From: an uncultured bacterium
GTDB taxonomy: Bacteria > Hydrothermota > Tepidihabitantia > Tepidihabitantales > DTDR01
Length of the DNA stretch: 64,000 bases
NCBI GenBank assembly: GCA_938040315.1
Contig: CALHQW010000004.1
Coordinates: 32,700 to 96,699, forward strand
Reading direction: 5' to 3'
Part shown: piece after piece, positions 1 to 9,540 of the stretch
Layout: every line of letters starts with the position of its first letter
Numbering within the stretch: the stretch's first letter is position 1
The notes under the pieces: model-generated
Told to the model about the DNA's origin: nothing
Database searches by the model: none
Seen by the model: only the letters and a program-made list of their open reading frames with translations
Translations under genes and position numbers: made by a program

Positions 1-1134
1 ATTGTGGAATATCCAGAGGGCGCAAAACCAAAAAGGGTTTTAAATTTTTGTGCGAATAATTATCTTGGTTTATCAAGTCATCCAAAAGTATTGGAAGCAG
101 CAAGAAAGGGTTTAGAATCTCATGGATTTGGTCTTTCTTCGGTGCGTTTTATCTGTGGAACTCAGGATATTCATAAAATTTTAGAAAGAAAAATTGCCCA
201 ATTTTTAGGAACCGAAGATGCAATTTTATATTCCTCTTGTTTTGATGCTAATGCTGGACTTTTTGAGCCCTTATTTAATGAACAGGATGCAATTATTTCT
301 GACCGATTAAATCATGCCTCAATTATTGATGGGATAAGAATGTGTAAGGCAGAAAGATTTATTTTTCAACACGGCGATATGAAAGATTTGGAAGAAAAAT
401 TAAAGGCGACGCAACATAAAAGATTCCGAATAATTGCTACTGATGGTGTCTTTTCAATGGATGGTGATATTGCTAATCTTTCGGCTATTTGTGAATTGGC
501 TGATAAATATGATGCCTTGGTGATGATTGATGATGCCCATGCCACTGGTTTTATTGGTAAAACCGGTAGAGGAACGCCAGAGTACCATAATGTAATGGGA
601 AGGGTTGATATAATTACCACAACTTTTGGTAAAGCAATGGGTGGTGCTTCTGGTGGTTGCACAGCCTCTCGTAAGGAGATTGTAGAAATTTTAAGACAAC
701 GTTCAAGACCTTATCTATTTTCTAATACTTTAAGTCCGGTAATTGTAAATGCCACAATTGCAGTAATTGATTTATTAACGGAAACAACCGAATTAAGAGA
801 TAAATTAGAGTGGAATACAAAATATTTCCGTGAGAAGATGATGGAACTGGGATTTGATATTAAACCAGGAATTCATCCAATAGTGCCAATAATGCTTTAT
901 AATGCTCGGTTATCCCAAGAATTTGCTCGGGATTTATATTATGAAGGAATTTATGTAGTAGGTTTCTTCTATCCGGTAGTTCCGCGTGGCGAAGCAAGAA
1001 TTCGGGTTCAACTTTCTGCTGCCCATGAAAAAGACCACATTGATCAAGCCTTAGAAGCCTTTAAGAAAGTTGGTGATAAATATAAAATCCGGGGTAAGAA
1101 AAAAGAAGAAATTATTGCAATGTATGGCGAATAA
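1..1134 (+). CDS. kbl: Glycine C-acetyltransferase (2-amino-3-ketobutyrate CoA ligase), probably 5'-truncated by the window edge
   Basis: [36 protein letters not shown] (PLP Lys), [11 protein letters not shown]. The frame is open from base 1, so the real start is likely upstream. Confidence 0.92.
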   Translation: MVEYPEGAKPKRVLNFCANNYLGLSSHPKVLEAARKGLESHGFGLSSVRFICGTQDIHKILERKIAQFLGTEDAILYSSCFDANAGLFEPLFNEQDAIISDRLNHASIIDGIRMCKAERFIFQHGDMKDLEEKLKATQHKRFRIIATDGVFSMDGDIANLSAICELADKYDALVMIDDAHATGFIGKTGRGTPEYHNVMGRVDIITTTFGKAMGGASGGCTASRKEIVEILRQRSRPYLFSNTLSPVIVNATIAVIDLLTETTELRDKLEWNTKYFREKMMELGFDIKPGIHPIVPIMLYNARLSQEFARDLYYEGIYVVGFFYPVVPRGEARIRVQLSAAHEKDHIDQALEAFKKVGDKYKIRGKKKEEIIAMYGE

Positions 1135-1140
1135 ATTTTT

Positions 1141-2043
1141 TTAAAAATAGGTGAATAAATAACCAAAAATTAACGATAAAATAGCCACTAAAGAAATATA
1201 AATAATAAAGACTTTTAATCCAAATTCTTTTTTTATCACAAGTATTGTTCCATAACTGGTAATTGGACCAGCCATCAATAATACCATACCAGCGCCAATA
1301 TTTAAACCTTGGTTTAAAAAGGCAGCAACTAATGGAACAGAGGCAGTCGCACAGATATACATTAATAAACCAAAGATTATAGCAAATAAATATCCATAAG
1401 GACCGCTGAGATATTTCTTAATTAAAATTCCAATTGGTGAGATAGTGGCGACAATTACTGCTAAAATTATTCCAATAACCAATTCTAAACCAATCTCCTT
1501 TGGTAAATCAATAAAACTATATGTTAAGATTGAGATAATTCTCTTTCTAAAACTCTTTTGGTGATGCATATGAAAAAGATGGGAAGAAACTTCTTCACAC
1601 ATTGGGCAGATATCGCTCTCGTTTTTCATTCCATTTTTTACTTTTAAGAGATTGCCAATAATTCCAATAATAATTCCCATAAGAATAACTGCTAAACAGA
1701 GATAAATTGTAAATTTTAATCCTAAAAGTTTATAGGTTATTAAAATTGCTGAAATAGAAGTTGCTGGTGTAGTTGCTAAAAAGGCTAATATTGAACCTAA
1801 AGGCATTCCTTTTTTCTTAAAACCAACTGCTACCGGTAAAGAACCAAAACAACATAAAGGTAAAATAATCCCTATCAGAGATACTCTTAATAAACTCCAA
1901 ATATCCTTTTTCCCAAAATACTTATTCACCAAATTCTGAGGAACAAATTCATGGATAATTCCACTTAATAAAAAACCTAATAAAAGAGAAGGGATAATTT
2001 CAAGACCATATTGCTTTAGATTAAATAAAAATATTGAAATCAT
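1141..2043 (-). CDS. DUF318/ArsP-family permease (metal/metalloid efflux-like)
   Basis: Multi-TM protein with PLCCFGSLP, AFLATTP and MYICATASVP family motifs; central CPMC and HLFHMHH loop. Confidence 0.8.
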   Translation of the reverse strand: MISIFLFNLKQYGLEIIPSLLLGFLLSGIIHEFVPQNLVNKYFGKKDIWSLLRVSLIGIILPLCCFGSLPVAVGFKKKGMPLGSILAFLATTPATSISAILITYKLLGLKFTIYLCLAVILMGIIIGIIGNLLKVKNGMKNESDICPMCEEVSSHLFHMHHQKSFRKRIISILTYSFIDLPKEIGLELVIGIILAVIVATISPIGILIKKYLSGPYGYLFAIIFGLLMYICATASVPLVAAFLNQGLNIGAGMVLLMAGPITSYGTILVIKKEFGLKVFIIYISLVAILSLIFGYLFTYF

Positions 2044-2711
2044 ACAATCTTTCCATCTTTTAAATTTATCTTTCTAACATTAAATTTACTTATTAATTCC
2101 CAATTATGGGTAACCACAACTACAGTATAACCTTCTTTTGAGAGAGTTTCAAATATTTTAAAGATATTAAAAGCATTTTCCGAATCCAAATTTCCCGTAG
2201 GTTCATCAGCAAAGAGAATTAAAGGTTCAATAATTAATGCCCGAGCAATTGCTACTTTTTGCATCTCTCCGCCACTTAATTGAGAAGGACGATGTTTTAA
2301 TCGGGAAATTAAAGAAAGTTTTTCGGCAATTTCATAAATTTTTTCTTTTTTGTCTTTTCTCTTATTAAAATAAAAGGGCAATGTAATATTTTCATAAACC
2401 GTTAAATGAGGAAAAAGGAGAAAATTTTGAAAAATAAATCCAACATATTTACTTCTAATTTTTTGCAATTCCTTTTCTTTCATTAAAGAAATCTCTTTAT
2501 CTAAAAAAATTATTTTACCACTGGTTGGTTTATCAAAACCACTTAATAGATTTAACAAAGTGGTTTTTCCGGAACCAGAAGGTCCAAGGATAGCAACAAA
2601 CTCTCCTTTTTTTATTGTTAAATCAATATCTTTTAATGCCCATACCCTCTCTTCTCCTCTTAGATAAATTTTGTTTAATTTTTCCGTTTTTAAAATAATT
2701 TCATTATTCAT
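2040..2711 (-). CDS. ABC transporter ATP-binding protein (LolD/MacB type)
   Basis: Walker [14 protein letters not shown] signature, [14 protein letters not shown]. Confidence 0.93.
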   Translation of the reverse strand: MNNEIILKTEKLNKIYLRGEERVWALKDIDLTIKKGEFVAILGPSGSGKTTLLNLLSGFDKPTSGKIIFLDKEISLMKEKELQKIRSKYVGFIFQNFLLFPHLTVYENITLPFYFNKRKDKKEKIYEIAEKLSLISRLKHRPSQLSGGEMQKVAIARALIIEPLILFADEPTGNLDSENAFNIFKIFETLSKEGYTVVVVTHNWELISKFNVRKINLKDGKIV

Positions 2712-3867
2712 CGCTACTCCTAATTGTCTCCATCGGTCGCAAATTGATTGCCTTTAAAATTGGGTAAATACTTGCCAAAATAGCAATTGTTAAAGAATAA
2801 AGAAAAATAGTAGCAGCAATTTTCCAATCAAAATTAATTTCAATCTTTTTTGGTGAATGGGTAATAATTTCCTTAATAAAGGTTTCAATAAATTTGTTTC
2901 CACCAATCGTTAAAATTATTCCCAAAAGAGCACCAAGAATTACTAAAATCAAGGTCTCAAAAAAAATTAGTTTTACTATATCCCAATTATTCGCACCAAT
3001 AACTTTTAATAAGCCAATCTCTCTTCTTCTTTCCAACACGGAAATCAACATTGTATTAATCACTCCTAAACTGCTGATAAATAATGCCAAAATAATAATT
3101 GTATAGATTAGAGAATTTGCTTGACCGATGAGGTTTAAAATAGTACCCAAAACTTGCGTCATGGTCACAACTTGTAAATCGGGAATTTCTTCTAACTTTT
3201 TTATTACCTCCTCAATTTTTTCTAAATTTTTTACTTTGATCCCGATTGCGGTGATTAGACTTTCTTTGTTAAATATTCTTTGTACTTCCTTTAAGGGAAG
3301 AAAATAAAAACCGTCATCTTGCCCACCGGTATATTCCAAAATTCCAACTACTTGATAGATTTTATTAAATTTACGAAAATAGATTTCATCGCCAACCGTT
3401 AATTTTTCTTGGAAGGCAACATCGCTACCAATAACTATTTTATCATTCTCATTATTTTCAAAGAATCTACCTTTAACTTTCCAATATTTCTTAACCTTTT
3501 TATAACTTTCAATATCAATCCCATAAATAATACTTATCCGATCATCCTCTACTAATTGGGCAAGAAAAATTGGTGTAGCAATTTCCACTTCTGGTATATT
3601 TTTAATGGTTTTTAAATCTTCTTCTTTTAAATATTTAGGAATTATTCCGCCATGAACAATTAAAGAAGCTGCCTCATAGGGACAGCCCTTTGGTACGGCT
3701 AACATATGAACACCAAGGAGATCAAGTTCTTTAATTAAGGAGTTTTTATAACCCTGATTAAAGGTTAATAAAGAAAAGAGTAAAAAGATAGCGACACCGA
3801 TACCGAGAACAGTCAAAAAGGTCCTAATTTTTCTTCGTAAAATATTCTTAATAATTAAAATTAGCAT
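2704..3867 (-). CDS. ABC transporter permease (MacB/FtsX type)
   Basis: RRKIRTFLTVLGIGV N-terminal TM, large periplasmic domain with KGCPYEA, NTMLISVLERRREIGLLKVIGA. Confidence 0.9.
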   Translation of the reverse strand: MLILIIKNILRRKIRTFLTVLGIGVAIFLLFSLLTFNQGYKNSLIKELDLLGVHMLAVPKGCPYEAASLIVHGGIIPKYLKEEDLKTIKNIPEVEIATPIFLAQLVEDDRISIIYGIDIESYKKVKKYWKVKGRFFENNENDKIVIGSDVAFQEKLTVGDEIYFRKFNKIYQVVGILEYTGGQDDGFYFLPLKEVQRIFNKESLITAIGIKVKNLEKIEEVIKKLEEIPDLQVVTMTQVLGTILNLIGQANSLIYTIIILALFISSLGVINTMLISVLERRREIGLLKVIGANNWDIVKLIFFETLILVILGALLGIILTIGGNKFIETFIKEIITHSPKKIEINFDWKIAATIFLYSLTIAILASIYPILKAINLRPMETIRSSDE

Positions 3868-3868
3868 C

Positions 3869-4222
3869 TCATTTAAATTCTACTCCCTTACCAACAATTA
3901 TCGGCTCACCATTTTTTATTTCTACTTTACCATACACTACCGTTTTTCTGCCCCTTCTTTGAGGAATGGCAAATTTCGAGGGTGCCAAATCGACATAAAT
4001 TTGACCAGTTTCATCTTGAATAAAAAACCAGCAACCACTGCCACATTCCGCAGTAATTTCGCCAACAATTAAAATCTCTTTATTTTGATAATTAGTTGGC
4101 GAATTGAGAATCTCTTTAATTTTGATTGGTGAAAGGTTATTGGGTATCTCTTTTCCATATTTATCTTTTGTTCCACAAGAAAATAATAAAATAATAATTA
4201 CCAAAGGTATTAATTTTTTCAT
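3869..4222 (-). CDS. Lipoprotein with OB-fold-like domain and CxxxC motif
   Basis: Lipobox LLFSC; VGEITAECGSGCWFFIQDETGQIYV; TVVYGKV OB-like strand pattern. Confidence 0.7.
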   Translation of the reverse strand: MKKLIPLVIIILLFSCGTKDKYGKEIPNNLSPIKIKEILNSPTNYQNKEILIVGEITAECGSGCWFFIQDETGQIYVDLAPSKFAIPQRRGRKTVVYGKVEIKNGEPIIVGKGVEFK

Positions 4223-4755
4223 TTTTCCTCCTTTAAAATTTCATAAATAATCAACATTTTTTTAACAGAAAAGGCGATACTTTTTGATGCCTTCTCGGCT
4301 CCTTTTATTGGTTTAATTGTTTTATTTATTTCAATAGTATCTTTGAAACTTTTCCCTTTAAACTGGTTTAAAAAATTTTCACTTCTCAACTCTTTACTTT
4401 TTATTTCTCGGTCTCTTTGAATTAAAACTTTTTGAACACGATTTAAACTATCTAAACCAATTACTACTTCAATTGCTCCATACTGTCCTTTTTCTGTATG
4501 GGTAAGAACCGTGCCAATCCTTTTTTTATTCATAAAAATCAGATAAAAGGTGAATTCGGTCTCATCCGGGTCTAACTCTTTATTGATAAGTTTTTCAATA
4601 ATTTCCTTTTCTTTCTTATTATATCTTCTAACAACACTTTTATAACCAGTGGCTTGAGGAAAAATTTTTTTAATATCTTTATCGGGATCCCGCCAAATAC
4701 AAACACCGGCAAAAAGGATTTCGGTTATTAATAAAAATAAAAACATCTTCTTCAT
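4219..4755 (-). CDS. Secreted FMN-binding-domain-like protein (RnfG/FMN_bind fold), flavinylation motif degenerate
   Basis: Signal peptide; KKIFPQA, GQYGAIEVVIGLD, FLNQFKGKS, IKGAEKAS in place of SGAT-x-S. Confidence 0.65.
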   Translation of the reverse strand: MKKMFLFLLITEILFAGVCIWRDPDKDIKKIFPQATGYKSVVRRYNKKEKEIIEKLINKELDPDETEFTFYLIFMNKKRIGTVLTHTEKGQYGAIEVVIGLDSLNRVQKVLIQRDREIKSKELRSENFLNQFKGKSFKDTIEINKTIKPIKGAEKASKSIAFSVKKMLIIYEILKEEK

Positions 4756-5537
4756 ATTTTAAAATTGCCTTGGATTATTGGTTTAAATTCTTTTTTAAAT
4801 AAATAATTAAACCCTAATTTTAACTCCAAAAATCTCCAATTTTTTGTCAATTCTAAATTAAAATTATTTTCTTTTTCCCAATATTTATATCCCAGTTTTG
4901 TTTCTAATTCCCAAATCGGAATAAAAGTAAGGATTAAAAATATTCCTTTGCTTTTCTTTAAAGAATAAACTAATTCACTTTTGAAATCAAAGATAAGATA
5001 AATAAGGTTAAGATCCAAAGCAATAAATTTTTCTTTTTCTTTTAAGAAAGTAAAACCAAATTTACCTTTTTCTTTATCTAACCCAAATCTTAAAGTAAAA
5101 ATTGGCTCTTTTAATTCCCAATTTTTAAAGGAATAATTAAAATCAAAAAGAAAATCTTTTATATAGCCAAAAAAAGTGGCACCAATAGTTTTCTTATAAC
5201 TTAAGACATCTTCATATAAAGGTTGGAAGAAAAGAAAATGGGTATCATAATATTTTAAAAGGGAAAAGGGAATATCAAATCTACCTATTTTCAAATTTAA
5301 ATTTCCCATGGAATTTTTCAAGTAAAGATACTCGTCTCCATAATGCTGCCAAAAATGGTGGCTAAAATGGGAGGTAAAAGGGACTTGAAGAAAAATTATT
5401 AATCGGTCAAAATCTTCTCCTAAAATGAAACGGAAATTAATCTCAGAACCATGAAGATAAAGTTCTTTTTCATACCGCCAGGTAAAATAGCCATCAATTT
5501 TATAAGAAAAACTAAGTATCAAAAATAATAAAATCAT
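4752..5537 (-). CDS. Putative outer-membrane beta-barrel/porin-like protein
   Basis: Short hydrophobic N-terminus, alternating aromatic strands, NLKIGRFDIPFS porin-like motif, His-rich SHFSHHFWQH, C-terminal QGNFKI. Confidence 0.5.
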   Translation of the reverse strand: MILLFLILSFSYKIDGYFTWRYEKELYLHGSEINFRFILGEDFDRLIIFLQVPFTSHFSHHFWQHYGDEYLYLKNSMGNLNLKIGRFDIPFSLLKYYDTHFLFFQPLYEDVLSYKKTIGATFFGYIKDFLFDFNYSFKNWELKEPIFTLRFGLDKEKGKFGFTFLKEKEKFIALDLNLIYLIFDFKSELVYSLKKSKGIFLILTFIPIWELETKLGYKYWEKENNFNLELTKNWRFLELKLGFNYLFKKEFKPIIQGNFKI

Positions 5538-6088
5538 AGATATTTCAATATCTCTTTAATTATTAAAACTATCTCTTTTGGCTCTTTTCCTAAGACGACA
5601 AATAATGGCTCCTTTCCTAAGCCAGCCGTCTCATAAAATATTTGAGGAATCTCTTTAAATTTTTTATAAAGATAATCAATTTTCCAAGGCATTGAACTTT
5701 TCTCTTTCAATTGATATTTTTTGGGTTCTTTTCCTCTCTCAATTACACCGATAGTTATTTTTCTTTTCTTAGCAACTTTCTTAACTATTTTTAATATCTT
5801 TTTATCAAACTTAAAATTGATCGCGGACCGATATTTGGGATTATACTTCTTTACTGCTAACAATAACCGAGCAAGATGGTCAGAAGCACCAAATTTTACT
5901 TTTCCTGCCGGACAAGGTTTATTGTTGACGATTGTGATCCGACCATCAACACCGGCAATATCTTTTATACTCTTTGCTTCTTTCTTGGCATAAACAAAAT
6001 TTGTCCTCACTTCTGGTATTAAAAAACTGAACTTCTTTTCTCTTTTTAATTCGTTAATTGCTTTTGTTAATTCTTTTATTACATTCAT
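5534..6088 (-). CDS. thiN: Stand-alone ThiN-type thiamine-phosphate synthase domain protein
   Basis: LIPEVRTNFVYA, DIAGVDGRI, FGASDHLARLLL, RSAINFKF, SSMPW, GLGKEP. Confidence 0.8.
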   Translation of the reverse strand: MNVIKELTKAINELKREKKFSFLIPEVRTNFVYAKKEAKSIKDIAGVDGRITIVNNKPCPAGKVKFGASDHLARLLLAVKKYNPKYRSAINFKFDKKILKIVKKVAKKRKITIGVIERGKEPKKYQLKEKSSMPWKIDYLYKKFKEIPQIFYETAGLGKEPLFVVLGKEPKEIVLIIKEILKYL

Positions 6089-7101
6089 AAAGTGCTAAAA
6101 TAGGCATCCCAAAAGGGGTCAACTTTCACGGGCAGAAGTTTCTCTTCTTTTCCATCTTTTCTTATAAAAATTCTTTCTTTTTCAATTACCTCACCCACCT
6201 CCCAAGCCAAAATTCCATTCTCTTTTAGGTCTTTTATCAAACTCGCCACTTTTTCTTTTTGAACCGTAATTACTAATGTTCCTTCGCTTATGGAAATTAA
6301 GGGGTCAATTTTAAAATACTCGCAAATCGTTTTTACTTCTTCTAAAATAGGGATTTTCTCTTCATATACTATTACTCCTACCTTACTGGCTTCAGCAATC
6401 TCATAGATTCCATTTAGCAAGCCACCTTCCGTAGCGTCGTGCATCGCATTTGCATACTTTCTTGCAATCAACGCATCTTTCACTACGGTCATTTCCCAAA
6501 TTAATTTCTTTGCTTTATCAATGATTTTCTGACCAATAACTTCCTTTAATTTTTCCTCTGCTTGATAGGCTAAAATTGCCGCTGCTTCAATTGCCGGACC
6601 TTTAGTAACCACTATCTTATCACCAATTTTGGCATTACTGGCAGGAGTCAATTCTTCTTTTTTACCAATCCCAAATACAGTACAACCACCATTTAAAGGA
6701 TAGGCAATTCCGGGATAAACACCGGTATGTCCGCCAATAATTGAAATTCCTAATTTATTACATTCGGAAGATATCTGCTGCCAAATTTCCTCTAAGATTT
6801 TCATATCGCTCTGAGGTGGTAAAAGAAGAGAAATTGTCATATATTCTGGTTTTACACCTAAGACTGCAACATCACTTGCACAAATATGAACAATTGCCCA
6901 ACCAAAAAAAGGCATTATCACAGGCATTCCAAAAGTGGGATCACAAGCAACAACCATAACTTTATTTTCATCAATTTCTATTACTCCGGCATCCACTCCG
7001 TGCATCGGTTTAATAATTACTCTTGGGTCCGTTTTTCCTAAATTAGGAAAAATAATTCTCTCAAACACCTCTCTATCAATTTTTCCAATTCTTGGTAACA
7101 T
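6085..7101 (-). CDS. AIR synthase (PurM/HypE/ThiL superfamily)-related protein
   Basis: GVDAG, ACDP, ICASDVA, IIGGHTG, AMHDATEGG, ISEGTL; lacks the HypE C-terminal PRIC. Confidence 0.8.
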   Translation of the reverse strand: MLPRIGKIDREVFERIIFPNLGKTDPRVIIKPMHGVDAGVIEIDENKVMVVACDPTFGMPVIMPFFGWAIVHICASDVAVLGVKPEYMTISLLLPPQSDMKILEEIWQQISSECNKLGISIIGGHTGVYPGIAYPLNGGCTVFGIGKKEELTPASNAKIGDKIVVTKGPAIEAAAILAYQAEEKLKEVIGQKIIDKAKKLIWEMTVVKDALIARKYANAMHDATEGGLLNGIYEIAEASKVGVIVYEEKIPILEEVKTICEYFKIDPLISISEGTLVITVQKEKVASLIKDLKENGILAWEVGEVIEKERIFIRKDGKEEKLLPVKVDPFWDAYFSTL

Positions 7102-7507
7102 GATTACTTCCCTTTATTAAATCTTTTAATGTCAATCTGTTAAGAATTTTTTTCCAATTTTCGCTTAATAATTGCCACAATCTTCTTGCTTCACAATATT
7201 TTGCTCTTTTACAAATTTTTGGATTTAAAACACAATCCACCAAAGAGATTTCACCATCTAAGACTTTGAAAATATTTAACAATTTAATCTCCTTTGGTTT
7301 TAAAGCAAGTAAATACCCCCCCTCCTTCCCTCTAACGCTCCTTACCAAACCTCCTTTTAAAAGTAGATTAATAATCTTTTCAGCATACTTAATCGGAATT
7401 GTTTGTTTTTGGGCAATAGATTTTAATGATAAGGGTCCTTTTTTGTAATCCTTCCCCATTTGAATCATCAGTCTTAATCCGTAACGTAAAATTGTTGTAA
7501 CTTTCAT
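7076..7507 (-). CDS. Rrf2-family transcriptional regulator (3-Cys, Fe-S-binding type)
   Basis: RYGLRLM, SVRGKEGGYLL, C-x6-C-x5-C (DCVLNPKICKRAKYC), LW. Confidence 0.9.
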   Translation of the reverse strand: MKVTTILRYGLRLMIQMGKDYKKGPLSLKSIAQKQTIPIKYAEKIINLLLKGGLVRSVRGKEGGYLLALKPKEIKLLNIFKVLDGEISLVDCVLNPKICKRAKYCEARRLWQLLSENWKKILNRLTLKDLIKGSNHVTKNWKN

Positions 7508-7599
7508 TTCCTACTATTTCTATCTGAATAATTATAATTAAAATTTAAAAAAAAGTCAATAATTTATTTATGACCGAATTAAGAAAGAATAAATAGGAA
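7508..7599. promoter_or_regulatory. Sigma70-type promoter of the Rrf2 operon flanked by two inverted copies of a candidate Rrf2 operator
   Basis: Minus strand TTGACT(7559-7554)-17-TATAAT(7536-7531). TTCAGATAGAAATAGTAGGAA (-, 7528-7508) vs TTAAGAAAGAATAAATAGGAA (+, 7579-7599) match at 16/21. Confidence 0.5.
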
Positions 7600-7620
7600 C
7601 TTTTGGTTGCTTTTTCATTG

Positions 7621-7648
7621 TTGACTTTTATTTTTTATAAATTATAAT
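7621..7648 (+). promoter_or_regulatory. Sigma70-type promoter of the mreB operon (leaderless arrangement)
   Basis: TTGACT-16-TATAAT, ending 5 nt before GTG 7654; no SD. Confidence 0.6.
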
Positions 7649-7653
7649 AAATT

Positions 7654-8697
7654 GTGTTTGGATTTTTTGCTTCTCTAAAAGAAAGATTTAGTAATGAAAT
7701 TGCCATTGATTTAGGCACCTCTACTACGCTTATTTATGTAAAAGGTAAAGGAATAATGTTAAGGGAACCTTCCATTGTTACGGTTGATGAAAAAAATCAT
7801 ACACCCATTGCGGTTGGTTTGGAGGCAAAAAAAATGCTCGGTAGGACACCGGAAGGCTTAAAGGCGATAAGACCAATGAAAGACGGAGTTATTGCTGATT
7901 TTAGTTTGGTAGAAGTAATGTTAAGAACTTTTATTGAAAAAGTTCAAAGAAAGAAGTTATTGGTGAGACCCAAGGTAATTATTTGTGTTCCTTCTGGTGT
8001 TACCGAGGTAGAAAAAAGGGCGGTAAAAGATTCTGCTGAAGCCTGTGGTGCTCGGGAGGTATATTTAGTATCCGAACCCATTGCTGCGGCAGTTGGTGTT
8101 GGTTTACCGGTGGATGCACCAACTGGCAATATGATTATTGATATTGGTGGCGGAACGACCGAAATTGCGGTGGTGGCTCTTTCTGGAGTGGTTACCTGTA
8201 ATTCAATAAGAGTTGCTGGTGATGAAATGGATGAAGCAATTATCAATTATATCAAAAAGAATTATAATTTAGTAATTGGCGAACAAACTGCGGAAATGAT
8301 AAAAATTCAAATCGGTTCTGCCTATCCAACTGGGCAAGAAGAAGAAATGGAGGTTAAAGGTCGTGATTTAGTTTCGGGAATTCCTAAAACAATTAAACTT
8401 ACCTCTTTGAAGATTCGGGAAGCCTTGCAGGAACCGGTGTCGATAATTGTTAGTGCGGTAAAGAAAGCCTTAGAGAAAACACCGCCCGAATTAGCCGCTG
8501 ATATTGTTGATCATGGTATTTATATGACCGGCGGTGGCTCTTTATTAAAGGGACTTGATAAATTGATTAGCGAAGAAACAAATTTAAAGGTTAATGTTGC
8601 GGAAAACCCTATCGACTGTGTGGTATTAGGTGCCGGAAAAATTTTGGAAGATATAAAAAAGAATTCCAAATTATTACTAAAAACCGATTTTTTCTAA
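7654..8697 (+). CDS. mreB: Rod shape-determining protein MreB
   Basis: AIDLGT, RPMKDGVIADF, DIGGGTTE, TGGGSLL. Confidence 0.97.
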   Translation: MFGFFASLKERFSNEIAIDLGTSTTLIYVKGKGIMLREPSIVTVDEKNHTPIAVGLEAKKMLGRTPEGLKAIRPMKDGVIADFSLVEVMLRTFIEKVQRKKLLVRPKVIICVPSGVTEVEKRAVKDSAEACGAREVYLVSEPIAAAVGVGLPVDAPTGNMIIDIGGGTTEIAVVALSGVVTCNSIRVAGDEMDEAIINYIKKNYNLVIGEQTAEMIKIQIGSAYPTGQEEEMEVKGRDLVSGIPKTIKLTSLKIREALQEPVSIIVSAVKKALEKTPPELAADIVDHGIYMTGGGSLLKGLDKLISEETNLKVNVAENPIDCVVLGAGKILEDIKKNSKLLLKTDFF

Positions 8698-8700
8698 AAT

Positions 8701-9540
8701 TTGTTGATATCCAAAAAAAGAAGTGAAAAAAATAAATATCTTTCTTTTATCCCTATTTTATTGTCTTTAATTATCTTTTTTTCTCCAAGAGATTTTAAAT
8801 TAAAAATCTTCCTCTTGCCTAATTCTATTCTTTTAAAACCCTTGGTGATGGTTAAGCAATTTTTATTATCTTTAAAAAATTTTCAAAAGGAGAGAAATTA
8901 TCTTTACGAACTTACTTTAAAACAAAATTTAACTTTAGCCTACTTAAAAAAAATCGCTAATTTTTCTTCCTTCTCTTTGGAATCTTTAGAAAATGCTTAT
9001 ATTATAAGAAGAGCAAATATTATTAGTCGAGATAATTCTTTAAAAAAATATTTGATTATTGATAAAGGTTTAAAAGATTCAATAATGGTAAATTTTCCAG
9101 TGCTCACTCACCAAGGGGTTGTGGGAAAGGTTATTGCTTGTAGTGATGAAATAAGCGTAATAGAAACTTTTTATTCTCCCTATTTCAGAATTTCGGCAAA
9201 AGTTCAGAGAAATGGTTATCTCACTTGTGTTGGCTGTAAAGGCGATATTTTGTATTTAGACTATTTAGATGATAAATGTGATATTAAAGAAAATGATACA
9301 ATTGTCTCTACAGAAATTGGTGGAATTTTTCCTGAGGGATTGAAAATTGGTGTGGTAAAAAAAATTGAGAAAAAAGAAAATGGTGTGTTTAATGTGATAC
9401 TTGAACCAGCGGTTAACCTATTTGCCATTAATGATGTATATCTCTTACAAAAAAGAGTTAGTAAGATTAAAAAGGATGAATTGGAATTATTATTAAAACA
9501 GTTGGAATTAAAATTACCAGAAATAAAATTTATAAAATGA
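8701..9540 (+). CDS. mreC: Rod shape-determining protein MreC
   Basis: IIDKG, GVVGKV, GGIFPEGLKIG; follows mreB. Confidence 0.88.
   Translation: MLISKKRSEKNKYLSFIPILLSLIIFFSPRDFKLKIFLLPNSILLKPLVMVKQFLLSLKNFQKERNYLYELTLKQNLTLAYLKKIANFSSFSLESLENAYIIRRANIISRDNSLKKYLIIDKGLKDSIMVNFPVLTHQGVVGKVIACSDEISVIETFYSPYFRISAKVQRNGYLTCVGCKGDILYLDYLDDKCDIKENDTIVSTEIGGIFPEGLKIGVVKKIEKKENGVFNVILEPAVNLFAINDVYLLQKRVSKIKKDELELLLKQLELKLPEIKFIK

Noticed and set aside
6085..7101. HypE or SelD assignment, implying hydrogenase maturation or selenium use
   Set aside because: No C-terminal PRIC, no N-terminal Cys/Sec-x-x-Lys motif, and no hyp/sel genes or in-frame TGA read-through candidates noticed.
7508..7653. TPP riboswitch upstream of the thiN-containing operon
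   Set aside because: The leader is only about 20 nt and has no CTGAGA/ACCTG core.
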